A stretch of 64,000 nt of DNA, taken from assembly GCF_018977255.1 (NCBI RefSeq), contig NW_024704743.1:72108001-72172000 (forward strand). The letters are read 5' to 3'. Positions 35,932 to 48,467 of the stretch are shown here, in pieces. The first letter of the stretch is position 1. Every line of letters starts with the position of its first letter. A program made the position numbers and the translations under genes. The notes below the pieces were generated by a model. The model searched no databases and was not told the origin of the DNA. It worked only from the letters and a program-made list of their open reading frames with translations. Source of the stretch: Callorhinchus milii. Taxonomy: Eukaryota.

Positions 35932-36049
35932 TGGAAGGGGCTGCAGGTTGTGTCCTGCACAGCCGTTGTAGGAACAGCAGAGGTTTCACAGCCAAATACC
36001 TGACAACAAATGAGAGAGTGGACAGTTGCCCTGTGACACACACACAAAC

Positions 36050-36217
36050 ATGTTGCTGACCCTGTTTGAGGCAGGGACATCTCTGATAGAAAATGCAGTG
36101 GAGAAGGTTGTGGAGGGGAACTTGACGTCCACAGTTCTAGTTACTTCAGCTTTTATCTTGAGTCTGGCGTATTTCACCAAAAGGACATTTAAACAGACTG
36201 AAAATGAGAAGGATGGG
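36050..36217 (+). CDS. CYP51A1: CYP51A1 exon 1 (MLLTLFEAG...NEKDG)
   Basis: ATG with A at -3, hydrophobic anchor, GGG|gtatgt donor. Confidence 0.9.
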
Positions 36218-39200
36218 GTATGTATGAAAATACACATTTCTGTTATATTTCTGAAAATGTATATTGCTGAGACCGATTAATTTCTGCTGAAAACAAAGCT
36301 ATTTACAATTTCTAGAAGAGCTATTGATATAATTTGCTGAACATTTTAATGAGAAGATTACCACCTTAAGTTGCTGTTTGATAAAGCAGGAGATCAATTG
36401 CAATAATTCATAACTATTTTGCAGCATTATACTAGTTTAGAAATTGGCTCAGATGAAATACTGCATTGATAATATAATGGGTTAATTTTGAAAATAAACA
36501 CTGCATTTTGATTAACCCATTAATAGCAAGTATTTAGCTGAGATTTCAATAAGAATTAATGTGCTCTGAATTGTTTATTTTGCCTGAAAAAGACAATTTT
36601 TGAATGTTGATTTTTTTTTGACTGAGGAACTCAGACAATATTATTTGCTTCTCCTCCTGCTCTCGCATGGTTACTTGCAATGTTCATTGGAGCTCCTTTG
36701 GTCCTCTCTTATTCTGCATCCACATGTATCCCCCATCCCCCAGTGCCTTCGCCGCTTCCTCCCTTTCCTCCTTCAAGGCCGGTCTCAAGACCTTTCTCTT
36801 CGACCGTGCCTTCAGCTCCCCTCTCGACTCTCTACCCACTCCTCGCTCTCTCCCTTCCCTCCCATCACCCTGACCATTTCCCCACTGCTCAGGTCCTGAC
36901 CCAACTGTCCAGCGCCTTGGGACGTCCTCCCGACGTGAAAGGCGCTCTATAAATGGAATCTTGTTGTTGTTGTGTATCCTCTGTGACTTATCTCCTGGCA
37001 TATGGGGTCCACTTCTGTATGTAATAATCATTTTTGCATTTGTATACGTCTTTCACATCGGGAGGTTGACTCAAAGTGCCTCATAGGATTTCACTGTGAA
37101 ACAGTGCCAATATTTTGTGGTGAACTCAGCAGCTAATTTGCGCAACAATATTCCACAGCTATAAAGAAAGTGACCATTTTTTAAAACCTTGGTGGATTAT
37201 TGGTCAGGACACCAGGAGAAATTCTGTTTTCTTTTCGGATTTTTAAAATCCACCTGGAAAAGCAGACAGGCCCTTGGTTTATGACTCATCTGAAAGTTAG
37301 CACCTCCAACAATGCAGTGCAACCCCGGCACTGTAATACAACAACAAATTACATTTGTGTAGCGCCTTTCACGTCATGAGGACGTCTCAAGGCATTGGAG
37401 CGTCATCCTGCACGTGTTCAAAGACCCGACTTGGTACTTGAAACCTCAACTCTCTGAGTCGGAGGCGAGAATGCTACTAACTGAGCCAGGCTGACACCTA
37501 AATGTACCCAGACGGTATACAACTATACCTTTTTGTCTCTATCCTTGATTCCAGGACCACTACTTTTCTTACAATTCTGGCATGGCTCATGACCTGGAAC
37601 TCTTTCACAGTCCCTCTATCTCACTCTCTGCTTTCAAAATCAATCTAAAGACATATTTATTTAACTGTGCTTTTGGCCACAGACAGCCCCGCCCACACCC
37701 CATCTGCTCCTACATCAGGACCTGATCCATCTTTGTGAAGCACTTTGAGACAATCTCCTTATGTGAAAGATGCAATATAAGTACAATTTGTTGTCGTTTG
37801 TGGTCTATTTAAAGAGAACGTCCATATGATGAAGAAAACTAAAGGAAAGTTATCTTGGTGGTAAAAAAAAAATTGGACCATTAGAATTGATGAATATAGT
37901 ACAAACATATTGAAGATAAATGAGACTTTAAAAGGAATCCAATAATACTACATGGTACTATTTGTTTATATAATGTGATATCTTTTCTGCAGAAATACCC
38001 ACCTTATATTCATTCCAACATCCCGTTCCTTGGACATGCAATCAGTTTTGGAAAAAGTCCAATAGAATTTTTAGAAAATGCATACAATAAGGTAAGTTTT
38101 TTTTATTGTTTACTCATTTCCACAGCCACCATGATATAGTTACCTTTTTGGCAATTTACTGCTCAAATCAAAGTGACACATGCCTATACTGTAGTTCTTT
38201 CCAATAAACTACATCCCATCTGATCTCATCTAGAACACCCACTCACTCTACCGTCCCCTCATCACAGCATCAAGCTGCTTTTTAAATGAGTCCAGTTTCT
38301 TGGCCTCTATCACCTCTCCTGACAAACTGTCAACCGGTTTCAATCATTGATGACCCTCTGAGTAAATAAAACAATTCCTGGTATCTGTCCTGAAATTGTC
38401 CTTTACTACTTAAAACCAATGTCCTCTTGTTTTATTTTCTTGTTGCATCTTGAAGTATTGATCTGGATGTGAATTTTATTTTAGTGTTAAATGCTGTTTC
38501 TTTGTCTCTTTGCACCATTCCTGATCCTGTCTTGTTTTCTCTTGTTTACAGTATGGCCCTGTGTTTAGCTTTACTATGGTTGGGAGTACATTTACATACT
38601 TACTAGGCAGTGATGCTGCAACTCTGCTCTTCAATAGTAAAAATGAAGAATTGAACGCCGAGGATGTCTACTCCAGACTTACTACACCCGTTTTTGGCAA
38701 GGGTGTTGCATATGATGTTCCAAATACAGTATGTATATTCTGTTCTAGTAATATCAATGTCTCATTTTCTGTATAAGATCAAACTACATCTACTTTCTGT
38801 TAAGAGGATTCCCAGTCTGATCCAGGGATCCACCAGCTCTTGGAGTCAGCCATGGTCGGAAGCTTTCCATTTTAGCTTTTTGCTCCTTATTAGAAGTGGC
38901 TCAGTTGGTAGCACTCTCAACTCTGAGTCAGAAGGTTGTGAGTTTGGGCCCCTGTTGGGACTTGGAACTCCTACACTCCAATACAGTGATGGTATGGGTG
39001 CTGCATTGTAGGAAGTGCATCCTTCGGATGAGATTTTAAACCAAGGTCCTGTCTGTCTGTCCGGGTGGGTGTAAATGATCCCATGACACTATTCAAAACG
39101 AGAAAGTTGTTTCCCCCAGTATCCTGGATAACAATCCCCCAATAAATTTGGTCTCTCACTCCATGGTGATATTGCTGTGCCCTTATTTGCTACCACGTTT

Positions 39201-42200
39201 GTCTCCAAAATACAGTTAGTCCACTTTACAGTATATCCTGTGAAGTGCTTTGAGAGATCTCAACGATGTGATAAGGCCCTATATCAAATGCAAGGATTAT
39301 TATTATAGTGTCTTTCCATACAAAGATGTATGGTTTTGAACAGCGCTAATTTCTTTTAGGTACTGTCATCTTTCTCCTCACCCCACCCCAAACCATCACC
39401 ATAAACCTAGTTACTTACATTACCTACACCATGGCTTCACTACTTTGCTAAATAGAACTTTCTGCTGCACCTTCCTAGGTCTTTCTGGAGCAAAAGAAAA
39501 TGTTGAAAACTGGTCTGAACATTGCCCAGTTTAAGCAGCATGTCACTATGATTGAGGAAGAAACCCACGATTATTTTAAACGCTGGGGTGAGAGTGGAAT
39601 TAAAAGTAAGTATTGTCCTAGGGAACAGCTCACACATATTCTCAGCCACAGCCAACTTTTTTTTAAAATCAAATGCATCACAGAGGGACTTCATTTGAAT
39701 AGACCTTTTTTATTTGCACATACTATGTATGCATTTGTTAGATTAGGAGAATGCAACACCTTGTTAGTGGGTTTGTTTGGGTGCCAACTTAGAAGAAATC
39801 TGCCACCGTGAAGTGAAATGAAATAGAATAGGTTGGTTCGTCCTCAGGATGAGGGTTGAGAATTAGGTTATAGATTCACTTGGAATCAAACGATTTTGAG
39901 TTTTATTTAAGGTTTATACCAATATAGAGTGATTAATTGGAATATCTGTGAATGAGATCCTTTTGGAAACCATAGTTAATGAGCACAGTTTAAAATTCAG
40001 TTCACTGCATTCTTGTGCGTTTAATCTTGGAATTTATTTTGCGTTTTATAAAAGTCAGGTAAGTTGTACTATATCTAGATAATTATAATTGTACAAGTGT
40101 TTCAACGCTACACGTGTGAAGGACACTGTATAAATGCAAGTTGTTGTATTTCAATTCTTCGATACAAGCTGCAGGGAGGGTGGATGATCAGGATGGATTG
40201 AATGATGCAGATCAGATTTTAAGAATGGGCTTAGTAAAAATCTAAAACTTGTTTTGTGAAGTTCTGATTCTTCCTCAGTCATTCGGATGCATCCACTTAC
40301 ACATAGGATTATTAACCTGCCCTTCCCCTCCCCCACCCTGACCCTCAGCTCAGGTCCGTAACTCTGTCTGTCCAGTGCCTTGGGACGTCCTCTTGACGTG
40401 AAAAGACGCTATACAAATGTAATTTTGTTGTTGTTGTCCATCATAGCATCAGGTAAAATGATCTGAGAGCATCTGCTTTTCAGAAATGTGCACTTTCTAC
40501 AGTGAGGGGATCTCCCCCACTCCCCGGTCTAACAATATTTTTTAAGTTGAGAGAAAAATGTGATTTGCAGCAAAAAATTAACCATCCCATCATGAAAATT
40601 GGACTTTGAATAGCAATCGTATTGTATCCCAAAATAATCCTTTTTTTCTCTAACCTTGATTTCTATGTTCATGCCTCCATTACCTTTTTTGATGATAGTG
40701 AGACTTGAAGAAGTCTAGAATAAATCTAGACTAGAATCGGAGTGTTTTGTTTTAATTTCCGCATGTAGTTTCCATCCACAAATATGCATTTTCCATTTTG
40801 TTTTTAATGTAGATCTGTTTGAGGCTGTATCGGAGCTCATCATTTTAACCGCCAGTCGCTGTTTACATGGCAAAGAGATACGAAATCTGCTCAATGAAAA
40901 AGTAGCTCAGCTCTACGCTGACCTTGATGGGGATTTACCCATGCTGCCTGGCTACTCCCTGGTTGGTTGCCTCTCCCCAGTTTCAGGTGAATACTGTTAC
41001 ACACAGGGTAACACTGAGATAAATGTAATTGTTAGACTGGCTCGCTTGGATGTCTCAAAGACTTCCACAGGATTTACTGTAAAATATGGTAACTATAGGT
41101 GAATGCAGTTTGCACACAGCAATATTCTATAAACAGTCATGAAATGAATGATCAAATTTATCTGGGAGAATAAGTATGTTGTATTTATGAACGGAATGGA
41201 TTTATAGACAGAGTGGCATAGAGCACTTTTCACTTTGTAATTTGTGGATTACATATGATTCAGCTTTTCCGATTGCATTTTAGGCGCTCTGAGCTGCTAT
41301 CCTATCTGAGGCACTGCTATATAAATGCAAGTGTTGTGTTTTATCACTTGATTTTTTTTGTTACATGAAACCAGGACATTCTGGATCTGTTAGTCTCTGT
41401 ACCACACCAAAATATTTTGCCTTTTAATGTTACCGTAGGCGTAGGGATAAAGCACATAGAGAAATCAAGAATATCTTCTACAAAGTGATCCAGAAGCGCA
41501 GGGAATCTGGTGAGAGAGATGATGACATGTTGCAGACTTTATTGGACTCCACTTACAAGTAAGTGTTTTTTTCATCTTTGAAAGCATTACCCTTTGTGTC
41601 TGGTCAAACATTTGTTTCCAAACTGTAAAATAACTATGTGCAATTCAACTGTCATTTTCAATAGTCTGAGATCAAATTGAATTATGGAAATTGTGGGCTT
41701 TGGTCCTGTTGTGTCCTCCAGTTACCAACATTTAAAGAAACATTGACTATTGCAGTTGCCACAGCCAGCCACAGTACGTGATGTTCATAAACTGCACTAG
41801 ATGAGCTAAGTGGCGCTTCCACCTTGCAATACCAAATGTTCACGAATGGCTATTGGGAATCCCATAAATTGGCAAAGTCTGACTGATTTATAAAGCAGGA
41901 CAGCAAATTGCAATTAAGTGGCAATCTGTTCAGTCAGTGCTGCTGGCAGTAACCTTTTCTTTTTTTGCCGACTCATCCCTCCCTCCCTCCCTCCCCGCCC
42001 AGGCACTTCATCAATTACTTATGAAAAAGGCAGCATTAACTGACCATGAGGTGCAGACACATATTGTGACGTTGATGAGAAATGCATTGAGGAATGTCCT
42101 GAGAGCCCAACAGATTTCTGTATCATTTAATATATTTAGATTTATCATATAAAATATATTTTGCATTTCGCCTGCAAAATATACAGTTCATTCACTTTAC

Positions 42201-45200
42201 AGTATAATTCTGAGAAGCGCTTTGAGATGTTTCAACAACCTGATAAGGCGCTATATCAAGTGCATGAATTAGTGTTACCAGACTCATTCCCATCCTGTTT
42301 TATGAAAAACTTCTAATTAATTTAAATTATTTGTGTGAACTGCTTCACTTCCTTTAATCATATCTAAAAAAAAAGCCCTTGCCTGTATGTGCTCTTTCTA
42401 TGGAATGGCAAGGTACAGTTCTTCACCTACTATACTATTGTTAGTTCCTGATCTCTGATCTGTCAAGCAAAGGTCAAGTTATTCTTCGTATATATTATTC
42501 TTCGTATATATATATCATATTTATAAGGAGGACATATATGAGTGGAAGTCACTCCATGTTACTCTGCATTTCCTCGTGGTCAGCTTCAGAGAAGTCAAGC
42601 AGGTTCTTGGGCAACAAAACCTAGGTTAGTGAGACAAAAAGAAAATGTTATCCCCTAACTGATTCCATTGAAATTCTTTGTATGAATTTTGTGTCTAATG
42701 TTTCCAGGGACGGCTCTCCTTTGACTGATGATGAGATTGCAGGCATGCTCATTGGGCTGCTGTTGGCTGGGCAACACACTTCCTCCACCACTAGTGCTTG
42801 GTTGGGCTTTTTCTTAGCTAAAGATAAAGTGTTACAAGATCGCTGTTATGCAGAGCAGAAAGCTGTGTGTGGGGAGGACCTGGCAGCACTGCAGTACGAT
42901 CAGGTACCCATTATAACCTAGCCTGGACTTAAAGTATAAACCGCTGTGAATCAACTTATAGTCGACCATTTATGCCGAGTATCCTGGCATGAGTAGAGTG
43001 ATTTTTAACTCCCCTCATTTTCTTCTTATCACCATACACTGTGTATAAAACAGCTAGAACATGACTGGAAATTGTTCAATGACAATTAACAACGCTCGTG
43101 TTACAATGGAAGAGCCCTTTCACTCAAATCACATTGTTACCAGTTTGTATTTTGACCACTTCCAGACGTTTTGACAGTCTTGTGAGTTTGGACTTGAATC
43201 AGGTTTAAAAGTACAGTTAAATAACTGAGACATTGACAGGGAAGTAAAAAAACTGTAAAAATAATGTCCTTTTGTTCTACAAAGGCCCAATTAATTATTT
43301 CATTGCAAGAAGATGAAGTTGAATAAGTAGCGTAATGTGAGTCTGTTTGGTTTCCACATTATTGATACCAATCCTTGTTTTGGTTCCTTTTCCAGCTGAA
43401 GGACATAAGCTTGTTGGATCGCTGCCTCAAAGAAACTCTGAGACTCCGTCCTCCAATTATGACAATGATGAGAATGGCCAGGACACCACAGGTATTTTAT
43501 TGTGTGTGGCTGAATCTTTACTTTGAGGGTAATCAACAACTGGAGCAGGTTTCCAGGAAATGTGGTCGAGGTGATGGAACACGAGAATCATTCAAAAGGC
43601 AGCTTAATGCTGTGATGGGTGAATGGTACAGTCAGATCTGATGGGCCGATGGGTCTTCTACATCCAAACGTATCTTGTGATTGCAGCTTTTATCCTGTAA
43701 AATTTATAACGCTGCACTTATTCAGGAAATATTTCCTTTTCTCATCTGTATCAAATAATATTGGTCAGAAAGAACCAGTGAGTAGTTACTGCTGGAAGAG
43801 TAAAGTTTGAGGTTGTAGCTCCTGCTTTCAGATTCCAATCAGCACATTCAGAAAGGAAAGTTTTTCTCTCTGCTTCTCACCATTTTGAGGTTAACTTGTG
43901 GCTTGGTTGCAGAGGTGTGTTTAGCAGCCAGCTGTCCACTAAGCTGCTCAATTTTGGTTTTGGTCTGACATAATTTGTTTCTCCATTTTTATTTTTTCCA
44001 TGATTATGGAACGCCTAGGGGTCTAATTTGTGGTGATTCATAATCTAGTCAGTAACAATAACTCTATGTTGGTAATATCACCTCTCTCTGTATGTCATGA
44101 CAATCCTCAGGAACTCTGCTCTGGAAGTCGATAGATTTGGAGCTGGGTTCCCACACATTCAGTGTTACAGGACCAATTACTGGAAGGAGTTGCTACTGTG
44201 CACTCTATTTACCAATTCCCATATAATGGACTCTTTTTGTGTTTCCCATCCCTCAGTTTTCCCTTCCTTTAAATACATGCTAAAGAGGTTTACAATCCAA
44301 GCTCCATTACCTGGGACACCTGTCCTACTCTTTCCAATCATGCACTGTCAGCGCTTCACTAAGGTTTCTGAGTGTAAAAACCCTCCATTTTATGTCACCC
44401 CTCGTGGTCAACTTAGGATATTGTATTGGAAAGGTAAAACTACAGAAAGTGTCAATTTAAAAAGCTGTTTGAAGCTTGAAGGAATGGTACTGTGCTTGGA
44501 TGATGTAGAAACGCAGTCCCTCACCCATAATCCAAATAAGTTTGTCCAATTCACTCAATTGGGCGGACGGTGAGCGTGAATGTTACTTAGTTTGATCAAT
44601 CCTAGAACCATCAGATTTAATTTGACAATAGGACAAACCCTGGTCCTGTATTCCTGAGCTGCAAACTCTCTTACAGACGGTGGCTGGCTACACCATCCCC
44701 CCTGGGCATCAGGTCTGCGTTTCTCCTACGGTCAACCATACACTTCACGATACATGGAGCGAAAGGTTTGATTTCAATCCAGATCGATACCTCCAAGACA
44801 ACCCAGCTGCTGTGCAGAAGTTTGCATACGTGCCTTTTGGAGCAGGTAAGCCTCTCAGCTTTCAGGGTTCTTATTAGTGAGGGACCAGAAGGCGTGTGTG
44901 GTGCCCACTCCAACAACACAGATGTTCAGATCAGTGAAGACGGTTGGCCATCAGTTGGTGAAGTAATGCCCTCTCTTAGCTTTAACACTATTGCAAGTGG
45001 GAAATCTACTTCTTGCTCACCACATTGGACAGGGTTGAGAGTTTTGAGCAAGCACAACTAAATGTTAGTATAGACCTCTGCTTAGGAAGGCTACGTTTAA
45101 TACAGTACAAAATTACATCTTTCACTTTGGGAGAATGTCCCAAGGTACTGAACAGTCAGGGATTGGGACCTGAGCAGAGGGTTGGGATCAGGGAGGGTGG

Positions 45201-47197
45201 AGGGCAGGGAGGGTAGGAGGGTGGCCAAAGGCTTGGTCAAAGAGGAGGGTTTTCAAACATGCCTTGAAGGAGGTGAGGTAGCGAGGTAAAGGGAATGTGA
45301 GATGGAGTTCCAAAGGGTGGGGCAGAGAGGCTGAAGGCCTGATCGCCGAAGTTGTGGCAGGCCGGAGCCCGCTGAGCATATAGGTTGATATGGTGTTAGC
45401 AGATCACAGAGGTAGGAAGGAGCAAGGCCTTGAAAGGCTTTGAAGGTGAGGACTTTGAATTGTATCCTCTGTGGGGTGGGGAGCCAGTGGAGCCGGGCGA
45501 GAGTGGGGGTGATGGGGTCATGGAGCCTGGTGCGGGAGAGGAGATGAGCTGCAAAGTTCTGGATGATCTGCCACTTTTGGAGGGAAGAGTTGGGAAGGCT
45601 GACAAGCAGGGAGTTGGCGTAGTCGATCCTAGATGTGATAAATGCATGTATGAGGATTTTGAGGGCCTGAAGGCAGTGGTGGAGCCGGGCGATGTTGTGG
45701 AAGGCAGAGCAGGTCATGCTGTTAAGAGAGAGAGAACCATTTCTGAGCTAAGTGGTGAAATAATTGCACTAGCTGCACTTATAGTGCAGGGGTTGAATTC
45801 ATCTGCTGTCAAAAAGCCTCTGCTCACAGTTGTTCAAGGGGCACGAATGCCGAACATTCAGCAAACATTGTTTGAGTTGTAGGATTTTGACATTAGTGAG
45901 GCTGAGGTTCCAGGCTCATGGGGCTGAAAAGAAATCCGACTTATGAAATGTATCCCAGGGGACTTAGAGACAAGGTAGGAGATTTGTGAACCACTGACTG
46001 AGATTGTGAGGGAGTCTTATCACTATGGGTAAGTTGTCAATGGACTGGAAGCAAGCAAATGTGGTTCTCCTAATCAAGAAAAGTAACATAGTTCATACCT
46101 GGCAATTGCATCTCAAGACATCTCAATGACCTGTGAGCCTCACCTCAATAATCAGCAAACTGATGGAATTTTTGTAAAGAACAAAGATTAACTATATGAA
46201 AATAACTTTAATCAGCATAGCTTCAAAATGTTTTGAGAGGGTGACCAAATTGATTGCGGGAAACTATATTACAAAGTACATGTAGACTTCAGAATCACTT
46301 CTGACAAACTATCACAAGACTTCTTTTCAATTAAATTTGCAGATAATAAAAATGTATTATTCTGGCTGTTTGTGGGACATTGATGTGCATAAATTTGCTG
46401 CTATGTTCACCCATAAAATACATCACTTTAAATATATCCAGTGAAGCTCCTCAAGACATCTCAATGACATGTTAAGACGCTATATCAAATCCCTGCATTC
46501 ACTTTTTGAATAATGTCAGGAGATCTCAGTCCACCTGCACAGGCAGAGGGGACCTTAGTTTTTCTCATTTGAAGGAAGGCACTGCCAATGTGGCACACTT
46601 CCAGGAATGTATTGGAGTCAGCATAGACTCCCATCGGTTCCAAGTCCCACAGAGTGCTTGAATCCACAACCTTCTGACATGGAGGAGTGAGTGCAACCAA
46701 CTGAACCAGGGTGACACTAAGTTGATGGGGAAATGTGAAATCAGTGTCACTAAAGGAGAGCTTCAGAGAATGCATTAGGAGCAAAAGTAGGTCTGACTTC
46801 TAGGTCATTAGGTTGCCATTGTCATTTCCTGCACATTTTGTGTATTAATATGCAGGAAGTGTGAATGCTATGTACAAGAAGTGTTATCTTCAAATCAACA
46901 AACTGAATGTACTGCTTCATTTACCAAATGCAGTCCTGCAAATTTATAAAACCAGTTATTGTTGTGCAGATCCTGGAGTCTTGTATAATGTAAGAATGTT
47001 ACCTTCTGCTCTGCTGTCTAGGTCGTCATCGCTGTATTGGGGAGAACTTTGCCTATGTGCAGATCAAGACTATCTGGTCCACTTTACTTCGGTTGTATCA
47101 ATTTGATCTTGTTGATGGATACTTTCCGACAGTGAATTACACAACTATGATCCATACTCCAAATAATCCGATCATCCAGTACAAGAAGCGAATGTAA
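36050..47197 (+). CDS. CYP51A1: Lanosterol 14-alpha demethylase, cytochrome P450 51A1; 10 coding exons, ~500 aa after correcting a -1 frameshift at 40929-40932
   Basis: N-terminal membrane anchor, [17 protein letters not shown]-helix [17 protein letters not shown] (ExxR) and heme motif FGAGRHRCIG split across exons 9/10; exons total 1502 nt (1503 needed for frame). Confidence 0.97.
36735..36972 (+). mobile_element. L2 3' end (young subfamily) in CYP51A1 intron 1
   Basis: Near-identical to 435-670. Confidence 0.85.
37030..37500 (-). mobile_element. Deu-domain-type tRNA SINE with an inserted L2 tail (~37337-37397)
   Basis: Head at 37460-37500 in reverse; core AAACAGACAGG..CTCATCTGAAAG-like. 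Confidence 0.6.
37993..38091 (+). CDS. CYP51A1: CYP51A1 exon 2 ([33 protein letters not shown])
   Basis: 99 nt, AG/GT boundaries. Confidence 0.95.
38552..38728 (+). CDS. CYP51A1: CYP51A1 exon 3 ([11 protein letters not shown]...YDVPNT)
   Basis: 177 nt, AG/GT boundaries. Confidence 0.95.
38895..39306 (+). mobile_element. Full-length Deu-domain-type tRNA SINE (SacSINE1/AmnSINE-like architecture)
   Basis: GGCTCAGTTGGTAGCACTCTC..TCTGAGTCAGAAGGTTGTG head, CGGATGAGA..TAAACC..GG..CTGTCTG core, AAATGCAAGGATTATTATT tail. Confidence 0.72.
39479..39605 (+). CDS. CYP51A1: CYP51A1 exon 4 ([13 protein letters not shown]...WGESGIK)
   Basis: 127 nt, AG/GT boundaries. Confidence 0.95.
40813..40986 (+). CDS. 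CYP51A1: CYP51A1 exon 5 ([19 protein letters not shown]...[21 protein letters not shown]); contains apparent frameshift
   Basis: 174 nt; GGGG at 40929-40932 needs 5 G to encode the conserved DGGF. Confidence 0.9.
41439..41558 (+). CDS. CYP51A1: CYP51A1 exon 6 ([15 protein letters not shown]...DSTY)
   Basis: 120 nt, AG/GT boundaries. Confidence 0.95.
42708..42903 (+). CDS. CYP51A1: CYP51A1 exon 7, I-helix ([21 protein letters not shown])
   Basis: 196 nt, AG/GT boundaries. Confidence 0.96.
43396..43491 (+). CDS. CYP51A1: CYP51A1 exon 8 ([32 protein letters not shown])
   Basis: 96 nt, ExxR motif. Confidence 0.96.
44677..44845 (+). CDS. CYP51A1: CYP51A1 exon 9 ([17 protein letters not shown]...YVPFGA)
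   Basis: 169 nt, AG/GT boundaries. Confidence 0.96.
45105..45720 (-). mobile_element. L2 3' fragment in CYP51A1 intron 9
   Basis: Minus [21 protein letters not shown]...[15 protein letters not shown]. Confidence 0.87.
47022..47197 (+). CDS. CYP51A1: CYP51A1 exon 10 ([19 protein letters not shown]...YKKRM*)
   Basis: Heme-ligand Cys, TAA stop at 47195-47197. Confidence 0.96.
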
Positions 47198-47544
47198 TGA
47201 GATGGACAGGACACCATCAATCTGTCTCTGCTCTGCAACTTGCTTGTTTGACATATTGGCTTCAAATTAGTTAGAAGCCTCTCATAATAGCAAATCTGCA
47301 ATTAAAGCTAACTCATTCCGTGAGTATTTGTAAATTAATAGCTCCACTTTTAATTTTTATGAGTGGAGTATTGCTGTGAATTAGTAATTTGAAGGTAATT
47401 TTGTTTTTGTAGATTTGGTGCACAATGACTTAATCGGTGGTAAATTCAGCTCCTTCACATCTGCTACCTATTTGACAAACAAAGCAATTGATTCCTTGCA
47501 ATAGCAACTATCCCTTTATTTTATTTGGCACCTTAATAAATTGG

Positions 47545-47665
47545 TCAAGAGTATTGAGGGATATGGGGCAAAGGCAGATAAATTGGAGTTGAGGTACAGA
47601 TCAGCCATGATCTAATAGAATGTCAGAACAGGCTCAAGGGGCTGAATGGCCTCCTCCTGTGTTTC
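47545..47665 (+). mobile_element. CR1 3' tail fragment downstream of the CYP51A1 stop
   Basis: GGGATATGGGG..GATCAGCCATGATC..GGCTCAAGGGGCTGAATGGCCT. Confidence 0.75.
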
Positions 47666-48467
47666 TGTGAGCTATATGTAAGTAGCTGAGGTAACAAACT
47701 GCTTCACATTTGGGATAGTTTCTCACAGCTTGATATTTGTATACCATCTTTTTAATCAGCAGTACATTGTGCCAGCTGTCAAACCCCAATCTGATCTACT
47801 TTGGGAGTTGATTTTTCATTGGTCAGTGTGATATACTCCTGGTTACCTGGAAAAATTCTGCCTCAGTGGAATCCAGTTAAGTAAAGACCCATTTGTTTTG
47901 TGTTTTGTTTGTATTTCAGAAATATTAACTTGCTGTGAACACCATTGGAACTGTTGTCCTACTGTAATCTGCAAACATTATTCCATTTCTGTATTCATTA
48001 ACATTTACATGAACCCTGTTTCACATTTATTGCTGCATAGTTTTCTATTTTTCACTGTTGAATGGCCTTTTCTCCTTCCATGGTGTATGTGAAGTAACTG
48101 GTTTTACAATACAAAATTACATTTGTATAGCGACCTTCACGTCCCAAGGCGCTGAGTTTAAATTACAAAATGACTGATAAAGCTGCCCATTTGTTTTTAA
48201 ACAACTAATGGTTCTAAGTATGGTTATTGAAAGGATATTGGTTTTAAAATGAAGTATAAAATACAAACTGGTCCTGTGAAACTTTATGTAAATATTTTAC
48301 AACAATGCGTTTGGTGTTTATCATCAACATTTTGCATTGAGCCAACTCAGGCTTTCAGCTCATGGCATTTCCTTCTTTACCATCACAACTAAAACAAGTA
48401 CAGAAATACACTTAGGGGGAATTGCACAGAACATTTTCCAAAAATGTTTTCACAATGCCATGATTTT

